Assembly: GCA_947493175.1 (NCBI GenBank)
Contig: CANLQD010000001.1
Span: 776,748-840,747, forward strand
DNA: 64,000 bases
From: an uncultured Flavobacteriaceae bacterium
GTDB taxonomy: Bacteria; Bacteroidota; Bacteroidia; Flavobacteriales; Flavobacteriaceae
Reading direction: 5' to 3'
Of the stretch, positions 26,417 to 35,149 are shown piece by piece (the first letter of the stretch is position 1; each line of letters starts with the position of its first letter). Under the pieces are notes generated by a model. The model was given only the letters and a program-made list of their open reading frames with translations. It searched no databases and was not told the DNA's origin. The position numbers and the translations under genes were made by a program.

Positions 26417-26898
26417 ACAAGTTTGGCTTCAAAAAAATCAAGGTCGGTTATATAAACAATGCATTTCAGGATCAACATGTAAATTGCCAACAATCCTGCT
26501 AATGGCACTAAATTTGTTTTCGAAATCATCTTTATCACCAAGAAAGCGAAAATTGAAAAGAGCATTCCGGTGATGAAGTATAGAATATAGTTTATCGTCG
26601 AAAAGTAAGGTATTACCGCTAAAAAAAAAAGAAAATCTCCTTTGCCTATCGATTTAAAAAGATTTACGAACTTCCTTTCTTTCAACGAAAGATATACGTA
26701 TAATCCTAAACAAGTAACCAATAAGAACAAAAAATTATGCCATAAAATTATTATAGGGTAGGACCTTTCAAAAAAGAGAATTAGTCCAATGAGTATGATT
26801 AACAAAGGTAAAACAATGTGTATAGCCCTCTTTATCATGTCTTGATAAAAAATAAGCAAAAACAATACCCAAAGAACTACCTCTAAAAAAACCACCAC
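26413..26898 (-). CDS. Minimal prepilin peptidase (family A24), no methyltransferase domain evident
   Basis: 161 aa, multi-TM; two catalytic-type Asp in FYQD and IGKGD; adjacent to the pilin gene. Confidence 0.75.
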   Translation of the reverse strand: MVVFLEVVLWVLFLLIFYQDMIKRAIHIVLPLLIILIGLILFFERSYPIIILWHNFLFLLVTCLGLYVYLSLKERKFVNLFKSIGKGDFLFFLAVIPYFSTINYILYFITGMLFSIFAFLVIKMISKTNLVPLAGLLAIYMLILKCIVYITDLDFFEAKLV

Positions 26899-26902
26899 AC
26901 AT

Positions 26903-27343
26903 TTAGTCTTTTACCGTTTCTCTGAGCGACTTTTTACTATCGATTTCCCAGGTATTGTAATTGCCATCATCATCAAAATCTGACAAGGAAGTAGCCGTTG
27001 CACGGAAAGAATTGGTAGAAGCCTCTATTATCTCGATTTTATAGACCGCTTGTCCTCCCTCATCTATGGTCATCGCAGGCTCAAAACCTATTTCCTCAAA
27101 ATCGGAAGAATAACGAGAGTAGCGATAAAAGTGGTTTTTCTGCAAACCGTACAAATGATTAAGCATACTTTGGGCCTCGATAGATTTGGCTTGTGATATG
27201 ACGGAGGTCTGACTTGGCAATACCATCAATAATAAGATTCCAATAATGCACAGCACTATCAAGATTTCAGTCATTGAATAGGCGGCAGCATAGTATCTAT
27301 CCTTCTCGTTTCTTTGCTGAAAACTCTTATTTCCCACGAACAC
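26903..27343 (-). CDS. Major pilin / pseudopilin (PilE/GspG-like)
   Basis: 146 aa; class III signal ...YYAAA|YSMTEILIVLCIIGILLLMVLP with Glu at +5. Confidence 0.85.
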   Translation of the reverse strand: MFVGNKSFQQRNEKDRYYAAAYSMTEILIVLCIIGILLLMVLPSQTSVISQAKSIEAQSMLNHLYGLQKNHFYRYSRYSSDFEEIGFEPAMTIDEGGQAVYKIEIIEASTNSFRATATSLSDFDDDGNYNTWEIDSKKSLRETVKD

Positions 27344-27392
27344 TATAACATTTTTTTAACACAACAAAACTAAACTATTTTTCCGATTTCTT

Positions 27393-28532
27393 TTATCCAC
27401 CGTTGATAATTTTACTTAAATCGAACATAGGTGCGTACATCGCTATCATGATTATTCCGACAATCAATCCGATGAAAATAATAATGAGCGGCTCCAAAAT
27501 CACACCGATCATTTTGGTCTTATGCTCTACTTCCTCCTCATATTCATCTGCCAACCTTGCGAACATACTATCCAACTCGTTGATTTCTTCCGCAACCTCT
27601 ATCATAGACACCAGTTTGTAACCGTAAATAGCATGTTTTGACATGGCTTTTGAAAAAGGTACGCCCTTAATGATATCTTTTTGAATAGGCCCAATAGAGT
27701 TTTCAATAGGGTAGAAACCAATCATCTTTTTTACCATCTGCAACGAATCGGTCAAAGGCGTCTTAGAAGTAAGGAGCAAGTCCAAAAACTGACAGAATCT
27801 GGCGAGATAAATCATTTTTGTAAGTTTTCCGAAATAGGGTATTTTAAGAAGGATTCTGGATTTATAGGAACGAAAAGTATTGTTCTTAGCGTATATTTTA
27901 AAAACACCTGCGCTCAAAAGAAAGACTCCGAAGAGTACCGCTAAAATCGTTGGGAATCTTTCCGATAAAGCAATGATGTTCTCGGTCAACTCAGGTAGGT
28001 CGGCATCGAATTGATTAAACACCGATTTAAACATAGGCACCACATAGGTAAGCATAAAATATAGTACTCCGACAGTTAACGTAAGAACGAACGCAGGATA
28101 AGTAATGACCGAAACAACTTGTTTCCGCAGCCTTATCTGGCGCTTAAAGTATTTGTGCAGTTCAATCAAAACCATGGGTAGTTTCTTGGTCTCTTCCCCA
28201 ATTTTGATACTAAAATATTCATAGGCCGAAAAATGTCCTGTTTTTTGTAGTGCTTCATGAAAACTTCGCCCCCCGACTACTTGGTCCTTAATACCTAGAA
28301 TTAGTTCTTTATTTGATTTCTTTTTTTGTTGATTGGCCAAAATATCAAGCGCAGTACTAAAATCTACACCAGCATTTAGCAATGTATACAAATCCTTGTA
28401 AAGCGCTTCCCGATGCTTTGCCCTTATTTTCTTGGAGAAACTGAACTCTTGATTCAGAAAATCGAAGGAAAAAGAACCAGAGCTCTTTTTTGACTCCGAT
28501 TTCGTGTTTATCTTACTGATGTCAATTCCCAT
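27393..28532 (-). CDS. gspF: GspF/PilC inner-membrane platform protein
   Basis: 379 aa; LYTLLNAGVDFSTAL, IGEETKKLPMVL, YPAFVL, LEPLIIIFIGLIVGIIMIAMYAPMF. Confidence 0.92.
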   Translation of the reverse strand: MGIDISKINTKSESKKSSGSFSFDFLNQEFSFSKKIRAKHREALYKDLYTLLNAGVDFSTALDILANQQKKKSNKELILGIKDQVVGGRSFHEALQKTGHFSAYEYFSIKIGEETKKLPMVLIELHKYFKRQIRLRKQVVSVITYPAFVLTLTVGVLYFMLTYVVPMFKSVFNQFDADLPELTENIIALSERFPTILAVLFGVFLLSAGVFKIYAKNNTFRSYKSRILLKIPYFGKLTKMIYLARFCQFLDLLLTSKTPLTDSLQMVKKMIGFYPIENSIGPIQKDIIKGVPFSKAMSKHAIYGYKLVSMIEVAEEINELDSMFARLADEYEEEVEHKTKMIGVILEPLIIIFIGLIVGIIMIAMYAPMFDLSKIINGG

Positions 28533-29001
28533 AATCAGTTTTATAATCTTGTATACTTAGATACTTTTTAGCCACTTTAAACTGAATAGGCACTTCAAAC
28601 AAGAGAAAGCTCATCTGTGCGCTTTGTATTAGATTTTCGTTCGTATTCGGGTCTTTTATTGAAGAAACATCAATCCTATAGATTCTTAAACTATCTCGAT
28701 TTTGATTCTGTATCCGATACATATATCCTTTTTTAACTTCGTAGTAGCTGCGTGACATATCATACCGTATGGCCTCAAACGAGTTGGTTGTACCCACTAC
28801 TTTCTCAGCCTCAAAAAAATCCGCTTTCAAGCGTAAACAAAAATTGCTCAGTGCAAGCTCCTCGTCTACACCGGAACGATACTCAAAAACCTGTTTTGAA
28901 AAAGAGGAATACACATAGTACACCATCCCAATAATAATCGACATTATGACGATGTTTATCAATACCTCTAATATGGTAAAAGCCTTAAGGGAGGTCTTCA
29001 T
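28522..29001 (-). CDS. Minor pseudopilin (GspJ/PilW-like)
   Basis: MKTSLKA|FTILEVLINIVIMSIIIGMVY with Glu at +5. Confidence 0.8.
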   Translation of the reverse strand: MKTSLKAFTILEVLINIVIMSIIIGMVYYVYSSFSKQVFEYRSGVDEELALSNFCLRLKADFFEAEKVVGTTNSFEAIRYDMSRSYYEVKKGYMYRIQNQNRDSLRIYRIDVSSIKDPNTNENLIQSAQMSFLLFEVPIQFKVAKKYLSIQDYKTDYGN

Positions 29002-29356
29002 TTTGTTTGGTTATCAGGTGGTGATAGGTAATTGTATCGGACTGTGTTACAACAGTATAACTTATTTTTTTTAATCGTTCTAAATCTTCATAGTCAGATA
29101 CATTTTTATGTATTTTAAAAGTTTCGAATTCATATGTTTCAGAATCAAAACTGGGATTTAATTTCATTTCGGAAACCAGTTTGTCTATCTGAAACCTAAG
29201 TCTATGATCATTTGCCGAGGGACGGCCCTCCAGGACCGTGATATACAGTTTGAGTGCGATTAACAGGCAAACAGTAATAATGGTTATCGCTATCACCGAT
29301 TCAATGAGCGAACTTGCAGCTAGATATCCCTTTTTACAAGGTCTTAATGATACCAT
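28985..29356 (-). CDS. Minor pseudopilin (GspI/PilV-like)
   Basis: Start moved to ATG 29356: MVSLRPCKKGYLAA|SSLIESVIAITIITVCLLIALKLY with Glu at +5; 123 aa. Confidence 0.7.
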   Translation of the reverse strand: MVSLRPCKKGYLAASSLIESVIAITIITVCLLIALKLYITVLEGRPSANDHRLRFQIDKLVSEMKLNPSFDSETYEFETFKIHKNVSDYEDLERLKKISYTVVTQSDTITYHHLITKQNEDLP

Positions 29357-30566
29357 AGAAGGTTGTTTCTTGATTATCGAAAAGAGCCGAGTACCTAAAA
29401 CCTCGGGGAATACCAATTGCATCGATGGTACCATTAAGAAGTACATTTTCATAGTTGCCACTTTTGGTTTCCAATTGAAATTTATGGGTATATACCGTTC
29501 CACGAACGGTTCCCTGTAGCTGTAACCTACCGTTGCAGTACAACGCCCCTATGATAAGAGCCTTTTCATTAATAATGATACGGTTATTTTCCTTTTCATC
29601 AAAAGTGTCCCCATTAATAACGACTCCGCCGTAAATCTTGCTATCTCTTGATAAGGTTATTTTTTTTTCAAATAACCCCTTGTTAGCAGGGATGACCAGA
29701 CTGGATGGGTATCCCAACAACACTTCCTCCTCTACCGTAATCTCTTTTTTTGCAAAGAATTGGGCACGCCCTTTAAAGCCTTTACCAATAACAATTTTTG
29801 GGGCCTGTACAATGACATCTTCCAATTTCGTAGAAGATTCAATGTAAAGTGTGTCTTCCGATTTAATCACCACATTTCCCTTGAACGACATGTTGTTAAG
29901 GCGTTCGCCCTTATTCAACTCTATTACTAAGGGCTCCTTCTTAAAGTCATTGTAAATCAGGGATCTTTTATCCATTTTAGAAAGACTCGTGCCTATACTA
30001 TTTTCGCTTTCCGCTATCGGAGTTCCTATGGTAACTTCAGGAAGCAACTGGGAAGATCTAGAAACGGCTCCCTCAAGAATAGGTTTGTTAAGTTGGTTAT
30101 TTCCCAAAATAGTAACCTTTTTATAGCCTGCCGACGGAAGCTCCATCGCTCCTTTTATTAGGGTCAGACCTGATACTTTTAATGGCTCATCCCAATCACA
30201 AACTACCAGCGCTAGCTTTTTCACAGTATCTCGGGGCCCAACAAAGGCTCTTTTTTGAACCGTATCATTTTTAAAAAATGCCTGTACCGTTAATAGGGTG
30301 AATGATCCCCATTTTTTTTTTGAAAAGCCACAAAGAAGGCCGTTGTTAAAGAGGTCTAATTGCTCGGTAGTGAATTCTGAGAAATTATTTGGGTCGGATA
30401 GGTAAAATTCAATACAGGAATCACATAAATCAATTAAATCTGACTGAATTGCCTGTCGCGTGGAAAGCTGTAAATTATAGTTAAAGATAAAAATGAGTGC
30501 GGCGCTCATTACTGAAATCAAAAGGCAGACATACACTGCATACAACAAAGATCCCGCCTTTACCAT
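29334..30566 (-). CDS. Large tip pseudopilin (GspK/PilX-like)
   Basis: 410 aa; MVKAG|SLLYAVYVCLLISVMSAALIF (no Glu+5, as expected for K/X-type); repetitive beta-rich C-terminal half. Confidence 0.65.
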   Translation of the reverse strand: MVKAGSLLYAVYVCLLISVMSAALIFIFNYNLQLSTRQAIQSDLIDLCDSCIEFYLSDPNNFSEFTTEQLDLFNNGLLCGFSKKKWGSFTLLTVQAFFKNDTVQKRAFVGPRDTVKKLALVVCDWDEPLKVSGLTLIKGAMELPSAGYKKVTILGNNQLNKPILEGAVSRSSQLLPEVTIGTPIAESENSIGTSLSKMDKRSLIYNDFKKEPLVIELNKGERLNNMSFKGNVVIKSEDTLYIESSTKLEDVIVQAPKIVIGKGFKGRAQFFAKKEITVEEEVLLGYPSSLVIPANKGLFEKKITLSRDSKIYGGVVINGDTFDEKENNRIIINEKALIIGALYCNGRLQLQGTVRGTVYTHKFQLETKSGNYENVLLNGTIDAIGIPRGFRYSALFDNQETTFYGIIKTL

Positions 30567-31264
30567 TTTAAACTACTACTGTTGTTTTGTCTTCCTCTGA
30601 TTTTTTGATTTTTTGATTTTTTCTTTTTTTCCCGTTTTTTGGACTTCGGAACTGCGTCATTCACTTTTTGCTCCTTTAGAATACTATCCTTTTCCTTTTT
30701 TCTAAAAAGTTCTTCGAAGAAACCCGTTGCCCGCTTGATAAAGGGCTTTCTAGTATATCTTTTGGGTTTTTCGATTTCGACTCCCTTTTTAAAAAACATG
30801 GTATCCTTGATAGCACCATTGACCCAAATACCATTCTTCCTGTTGTTTTTGAAGTTCCCCCCAATTAAAAGTTCTCCTGTCTCAGAAAATTGGAGATACC
30901 TGCCAGTTCGCAAACCATTATTCCAATTGGCTATTTCATGTAATTGTCCATTTCGATACCATTTTTTCCATCGACCGTTTTTAAGTCCCTTTTTAAAACT
31001 TCCTTGCTCAGCAAGATTATTGTCCTTGTAGCTCTTCGTATAGTCACCATGCAATAAGTTTCCTGTACTACCTCCTAGTGATGAATGAATCTCACCTGAT
31101 TTGTACCAATGATAATACTTTGCACCTTTCACAGAAACACTTTCCTTCGTAGTTACATAGAAAATGTAGTTGAATTCGCTATCAGAAATTATTTTACGCT
31201 GAACGTTTTTGTCTGGAAACAAAAAAACGGATAGTACAAAAAAAACAGTTAGATAAAATTTCAT
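30560..31264 (-). CDS. MORN-variant repeat protein (YwqK-like) with Lys-rich tail; first gene of the locus
   Basis: Repeats such as LLHGDYTKSYKDNNLAEQGSFKKGLKNGRWKKWYRNGQLHEIANWNNGLRTG; hydrophobic N-terminus; very basic C-terminal ~60 aa. Confidence 0.7.
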   Translation of the reverse strand: MKFYLTVFFVLSVFLFPDKNVQRKIISDSEFNYIFYVTTKESVSVKGAKYYHWYKSGEIHSSLGGSTGNLLHGDYTKSYKDNNLAEQGSFKKGLKNGRWKKWYRNGQLHEIANWNNGLRTGRYLQFSETGELLIGGNFKNNRKNGIWVNGAIKDTMFFKKGVEIEKPKRYTRKPFIKRATGFFEELFRKKEKDSILKEQKVNDAVPKSKKREKKKKSKNQKIRGRQNNSSSLKW

Positions 31265-31499
31265 AAAATGAAAGGAATTATGACAAACAATTGTCGCAAA
31301 GTAATAAAAACAAGATGACTATTTTCAGATACGAAGGATTCTTTTTGATTTCAAAGTGTACTAACAGTATTTGAAAATCAATTTAACTAAACATTCATTT
31401 GTTTAAATAGTGAAGGGGAAAAATGACATTTTTCCGAACCATACAATTAGCGCTTAACTGCTGATTACGAAATTAATTTGAAAACATTTTTCATCGGTA

Positions 31500-34085
31500 T
31501 TATTCTTTACCATCTTCCTTAATTGAAGTATCCCTGTTAAAGGGTGTAAAAATAGGGTTGGGCGTCTGTGTTTCCCCGACCACTTCTTCTATCTCCCTTT
31601 TCAGGTAATTTAAATGGGCAATGGTCAAACGGTCGGTCATCACCGGAAGTGTTTGTTTTATTTTTCCCTGAAGTGTAATGAGGTTGTCCAAAGCCAAAGA
31701 GCGCACATCGGTATGGGCCGTATACCCCTCGGAGAGTTTGGCAAGGATACCCTCAACAAGTCCATCGGCCTCTTCCGGTTTGTAAAGCGTGATCATATTG
31801 GCCACGTAGGCTTTCTGTAGCTTTCTTTTGTAAGCATTTGTCTGATAAAAAACATACATATCGCCCCATATCAGATGGTTCAGGTCGTCGATATACTCCT
31901 CCGGGCGATAGGGATCTTCATCTTCATAGCGTTCAGCGATAAAGGTCATTCTACTTAGCCTACTACCTCCCAGTAGGTTCATCATGACACCCTCCATGGT
32001 TTGGGTTACCGACTCTTTGGATTGTGGAGACTGAATCGCATTTAAAATATCGTTTCGCAATAACCATTTCGGTTCTTCGAAAATATGCTTGTTCAAAAAG
32101 GCCAACGCTTGTTTTTGAACCTCTTTGGGTACAGGACGATATACCTCCCCTTCTTCGCCCATCGTCTTGGGGGTCACATAAATTCCACCAATATTTTTGG
32201 TCACATGAAAAATATAATCGCTGTATTGGTTGACCAACGCTTTATAAATATCATCGAGATTCGAAAAATCATCACTATTGCTTCCCTTTATCCACTCACG
32301 CAAACAGGGCGCAATGCGCTGCAGGTTCATAATGCCATAGGTGCTCGCTATCATGGCATCATCTCCAAGATCCTCGGTCTGTGACCTGGGATCAAAGTCA
32401 CGGCCCTCACCACCAAACCAAAGACGGTGGTTGTTCGAAACACTATCGACTACCATTTGGGCCAACCGCTCTTTTTCCTCCTCCAAGGGAATACTATCAG
32501 GAAATTTGGAATACCCCCATTGAATCGCCCACTTGTCATAGTCACCGATCCGTGGCATCAAATAATCGGTAGGAATGTTATCTTCCGGTTGCGCAACATA
32601 ATTAAAACGGGCATAGTCCATAATCGAACTGGTATGGCCATTCTTTTTCAACCATTCGGCATCCCTAAGCTTATCTACAGGAGTAGCACTACTGGCCCCC
32701 ATATTGTGACGAAGCCCTAGGGTATGCCCCACTTCATGCGAAGCAACGAAACGGATCAGTTCTCCCATTAATTCGGTATCGAACTCCATTTGCTGTGCCC
32801 TAAAATCCACTGCCCCCGCCTGAACCATATACCAGCTGTGTAACAGGCTCATCAAGTTATGATACCAACCGATATGACTTTCTAAAATTTCGCCACTTCG
32901 GGGGTCCACAATATTAGGACCATAGGCATTTTTAGAAGGGGAGGCAAAATACCGTAATACCGAGAATCGAGAATCTTCCAAACTCATATCCGGATTGTTT
33001 TCGGGCCATTCCTTCCCGATAATCGCATCCTTAAACCCGGCTTGTTCAAAAGCTACCTGCCAATCATTGATTCCTTGAATCAAATAAGGTCTCCACTTCT
33101 TCGGGGTAGCAGGGTCAATGTAGTAGACAATCGGTTTTTTTGGTGCTACCAGTTCACCACGTTTCCATTTTTCAAGGTCTTCAGACCTAGGTTCCAATCG
33201 CCATCGATGAATGTAGGTATTGCGATCTACTTTTTGTTGGTCATCCCCGTATTCCAAATAGGAACTGGCAAAGTACCCTACACGGGCATCGTACAAGCGT
33301 TTGCGCATCGGCTCTTTGGGCAATAGTACGAACGAATTGTTGATTTCCAAGGTGACCACCCCGGCCAACACGGCGGCCGGAAGTTGTTTTTTTCGCTTTT
33401 CCTTTGTGCTCTGCGCCTTGTAGGTCTTCACCGTTCGTATTTCGGTGTTCATGGGAAAAGTACTGATCTTCTTGATGTACGACTTGTTTTTCTCCAATGC
33501 CGAAAGCTTATAGGCACTTTTTTGCGCATTGCTCAAGGTCAACAACGGATTTTCGCTGTTGACGAAATCGGTTACATCAATAAGGTACGTATTTCTTTTT
33601 TCGTGGGTCGCTTTGATGTCAAAGGCTTCTAGAATAGGGGTGATGTTCGAATTATTGACCGCTTTGGAAATCGCGTCTTCTTCATTGGCAGCACTGACCA
33701 ATGTCGAAATTCTAAGGAACACATTATCGCTCGGGCCCTTTTCAAATACGATGGTATTCTCACCTATTTTCTCGCCTCCATAGTTTCCCGCACCTGAGGG
33801 GGTTTTTATGAATCTGGTGACCACCAATATTTCTCGATTCAAAAGGCTATCCGGAATTTCAAAATAATAGGAATCGGATACCTTATGTACATCAAAGAGG
33901 CCTTTCTTGGTAACTGCTTCTTTGGTAACAAAGCGATCATAGGCTTTTGCCTTGTTTACAGTTGCGGAGGCTTCGTCATTTTTCTTGATAGATTTACCGA
34001 AAGACCCCAACGAGCCACAAGAGGTCACTAACAAGAACAGCACAATACAACCAGTAAAACGATACATAATTAGCGAACGTTTCAA
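31500..34085 (-). CDS. Zinc-dependent metalloprotease lipoprotein (Met-zincin, DUF5117/DUF5118/DUF4953 type)
   Basis: LLVTS|CGS lipobox; HEVGHTLGLRHN zinc motif; SSIMDY Met-turn. Confidence 0.88.
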   Translation of the reverse strand: MKRSLIMYRFTGCIVLFLLVTSCGSLGSFGKSIKKNDEASATVNKAKAYDRFVTKEAVTKKGLFDVHKVSDSYYFEIPDSLLNREILVVTRFIKTPSGAGNYGGEKIGENTIVFEKGPSDNVFLRISTLVSAANEEDAISKAVNNSNITPILEAFDIKATHEKRNTYLIDVTDFVNSENPLLTLSNAQKSAYKLSALEKNKSYIKKISTFPMNTEIRTVKTYKAQSTKEKRKKQLPAAVLAGVVTLEINNSFVLLPKEPMRKRLYDARVGYFASSYLEYGDDQQKVDRNTYIHRWRLEPRSEDLEKWKRGELVAPKKPIVYYIDPATPKKWRPYLIQGINDWQVAFEQAGFKDAIIGKEWPENNPDMSLEDSRFSVLRYFASPSKNAYGPNIVDPRSGEILESHIGWYHNLMSLLHSWYMVQAGAVDFRAQQMEFDTELMGELIRFVASHEVGHTLGLRHNMGASSATPVDKLRDAEWLKKNGHTSSIMDYARFNYVAQPEDNIPTDYLMPRIGDYDKWAIQWGYSKFPDSIPLEEEKERLAQMVVDSVSNNHRLWFGGEGRDFDPRSQTEDLGDDAMIASTYGIMNLQRIAPCLREWIKGSNSDDFSNLDDIYKALVNQYSDYIFHVTKNIGGIYVTPKTMGEEGEVYRPVPKEVQKQALAFLNKHIFEEPKWLLRNDILNAIQSPQSKESVTQTMEGVMMNLLGGSRLSRMTFIAERYEDEDPYRPEEYIDDLNHLIWGDMYVFYQTNAYKRKLQKAYVANMITLYKPEEADGLVEGILAKLSEGYTAHTDVRSLALDNLITLQGKIKQTLPVMTDRLTIAHLNYLKREIEEVVGETQTPNPIFTPFNRDTSIKEDGKE

Positions 34086-34313
34086 TTAAATGTTTAGTAT
34101 GGGGTCGGTCGGGTCGGAGATGCTTTTAACAGCTTGGTGGTACAAAAGTACCTATCGTGAGTAATATACGTTACAAATCAGAGTTTGGCCTCGGAACCTC
34201 TGTTACCTTTAACACAATATACGACTATTTGGAAAAAAAGTGATGCCTCGCCCCCATTTTGAGCCTTAGGACATCGTACCATACAAACAATTATCATAAT
34301 TGGGTCCACTCGA

Positions 34314-35087
34314 TTAACGAAACAAGATCATCACCGCCCCGGCAGCGGTAAGTACCAAAATCATTTTGCGATAAAAATCATCTTTGATATGTTTCACTAG
34401 CCTAATTCCCAAAAAAATACCAAGGGCAATTCCGGGAATAAGCTTCAAATCGAACAAAAAAGTGTCGAGGGTAATGGTTTCCCACACATAAATATGCAAG
34501 GGCAATTTAAGTAGATTTATGATTAGGAAAAGCCACGCTGCCGTACCTATAAATTCATTTTTGGGAACTCTCATGGCCAAAAAGTAAATGTTACTGAAAG
34601 CCCCACCTAGATTGCCGATCATCGTAGTTACGCCGGCCGTCGTACCAACGATACCGGCAAAAAGCCAATGAGTAGGCACCTTTTTTGACTTTCTTCGATC
34701 CCACCAGTACATCATTAAGACACTGATCAGTATAATAATGGCCATCCCTATTTTAAAGGTCGATTCGTCCAAGTCGTTCCCAATAAGAACTCCGATAAGT
34801 ATCCCGAAAAGAATCCACGGCAAAAACCGGGCAATGTAGTTCCAATTTGCATGTCGGTTGTAGTATACTACGGCAAAAATATCCCCGAATATCAGCAATG
34901 GCACAACAATACCTGTCGATTCCTTGGCTTCAAAGGCCAAGGCCATCAAGGTGACGTTCACAATCGCTATTCCTTTGATTCCCGCTTTGGAGAGCCCTAC
35001 GACTATCGCTGCCGTAAAAGCCAGTCCCCAAGCGGTAAGTGTAATAGTAGAGGCTTCAAGGGGCATTATCAGATTTCTGGGGTTCAA
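34314..35087 (-). CDS. TauE/SafE family membrane exporter
   Basis: Multi-TM; GLSKAGIKG, PLLIFGD, TTMIGNLGG motifs. Start may be ATG 35066. Confidence 0.8.
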   Translation of the reverse strand: MNPRNLIMPLEASTITLTAWGLAFTAAIVVGLSKAGIKGIAIVNVTLMALAFEAKESTGIVVPLLIFGDIFAVVYYNRHANWNYIARFLPWILFGILIGVLIGNDLDESTFKIGMAIIILISVLMMYWWDRRKSKKVPTHWLFAGIVGTTAGVTTMIGNLGGAFSNIYFLAMRVPKNEFIGTAAWLFLIINLLKLPLHIYVWETITLDTFLFDLKLIPGIALGIFLGIRLVKHIKDDFYRKMILVLTAAGAVMILFR

Positions 35088-35149
35088 CAGTACGATGGCA
35101 AAAGTATCTTAAAATATTTTATCTTTAGCTAATAACCAATAACCAACTT

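Noticed and set aside
1-31264. Type VI secretion or contractile injection system as the RHS export route
   Set aside because: No VgrG, PAAR, Hcp, sheath or baseplate genes seen, and the giant proteins have Sec signal peptides.
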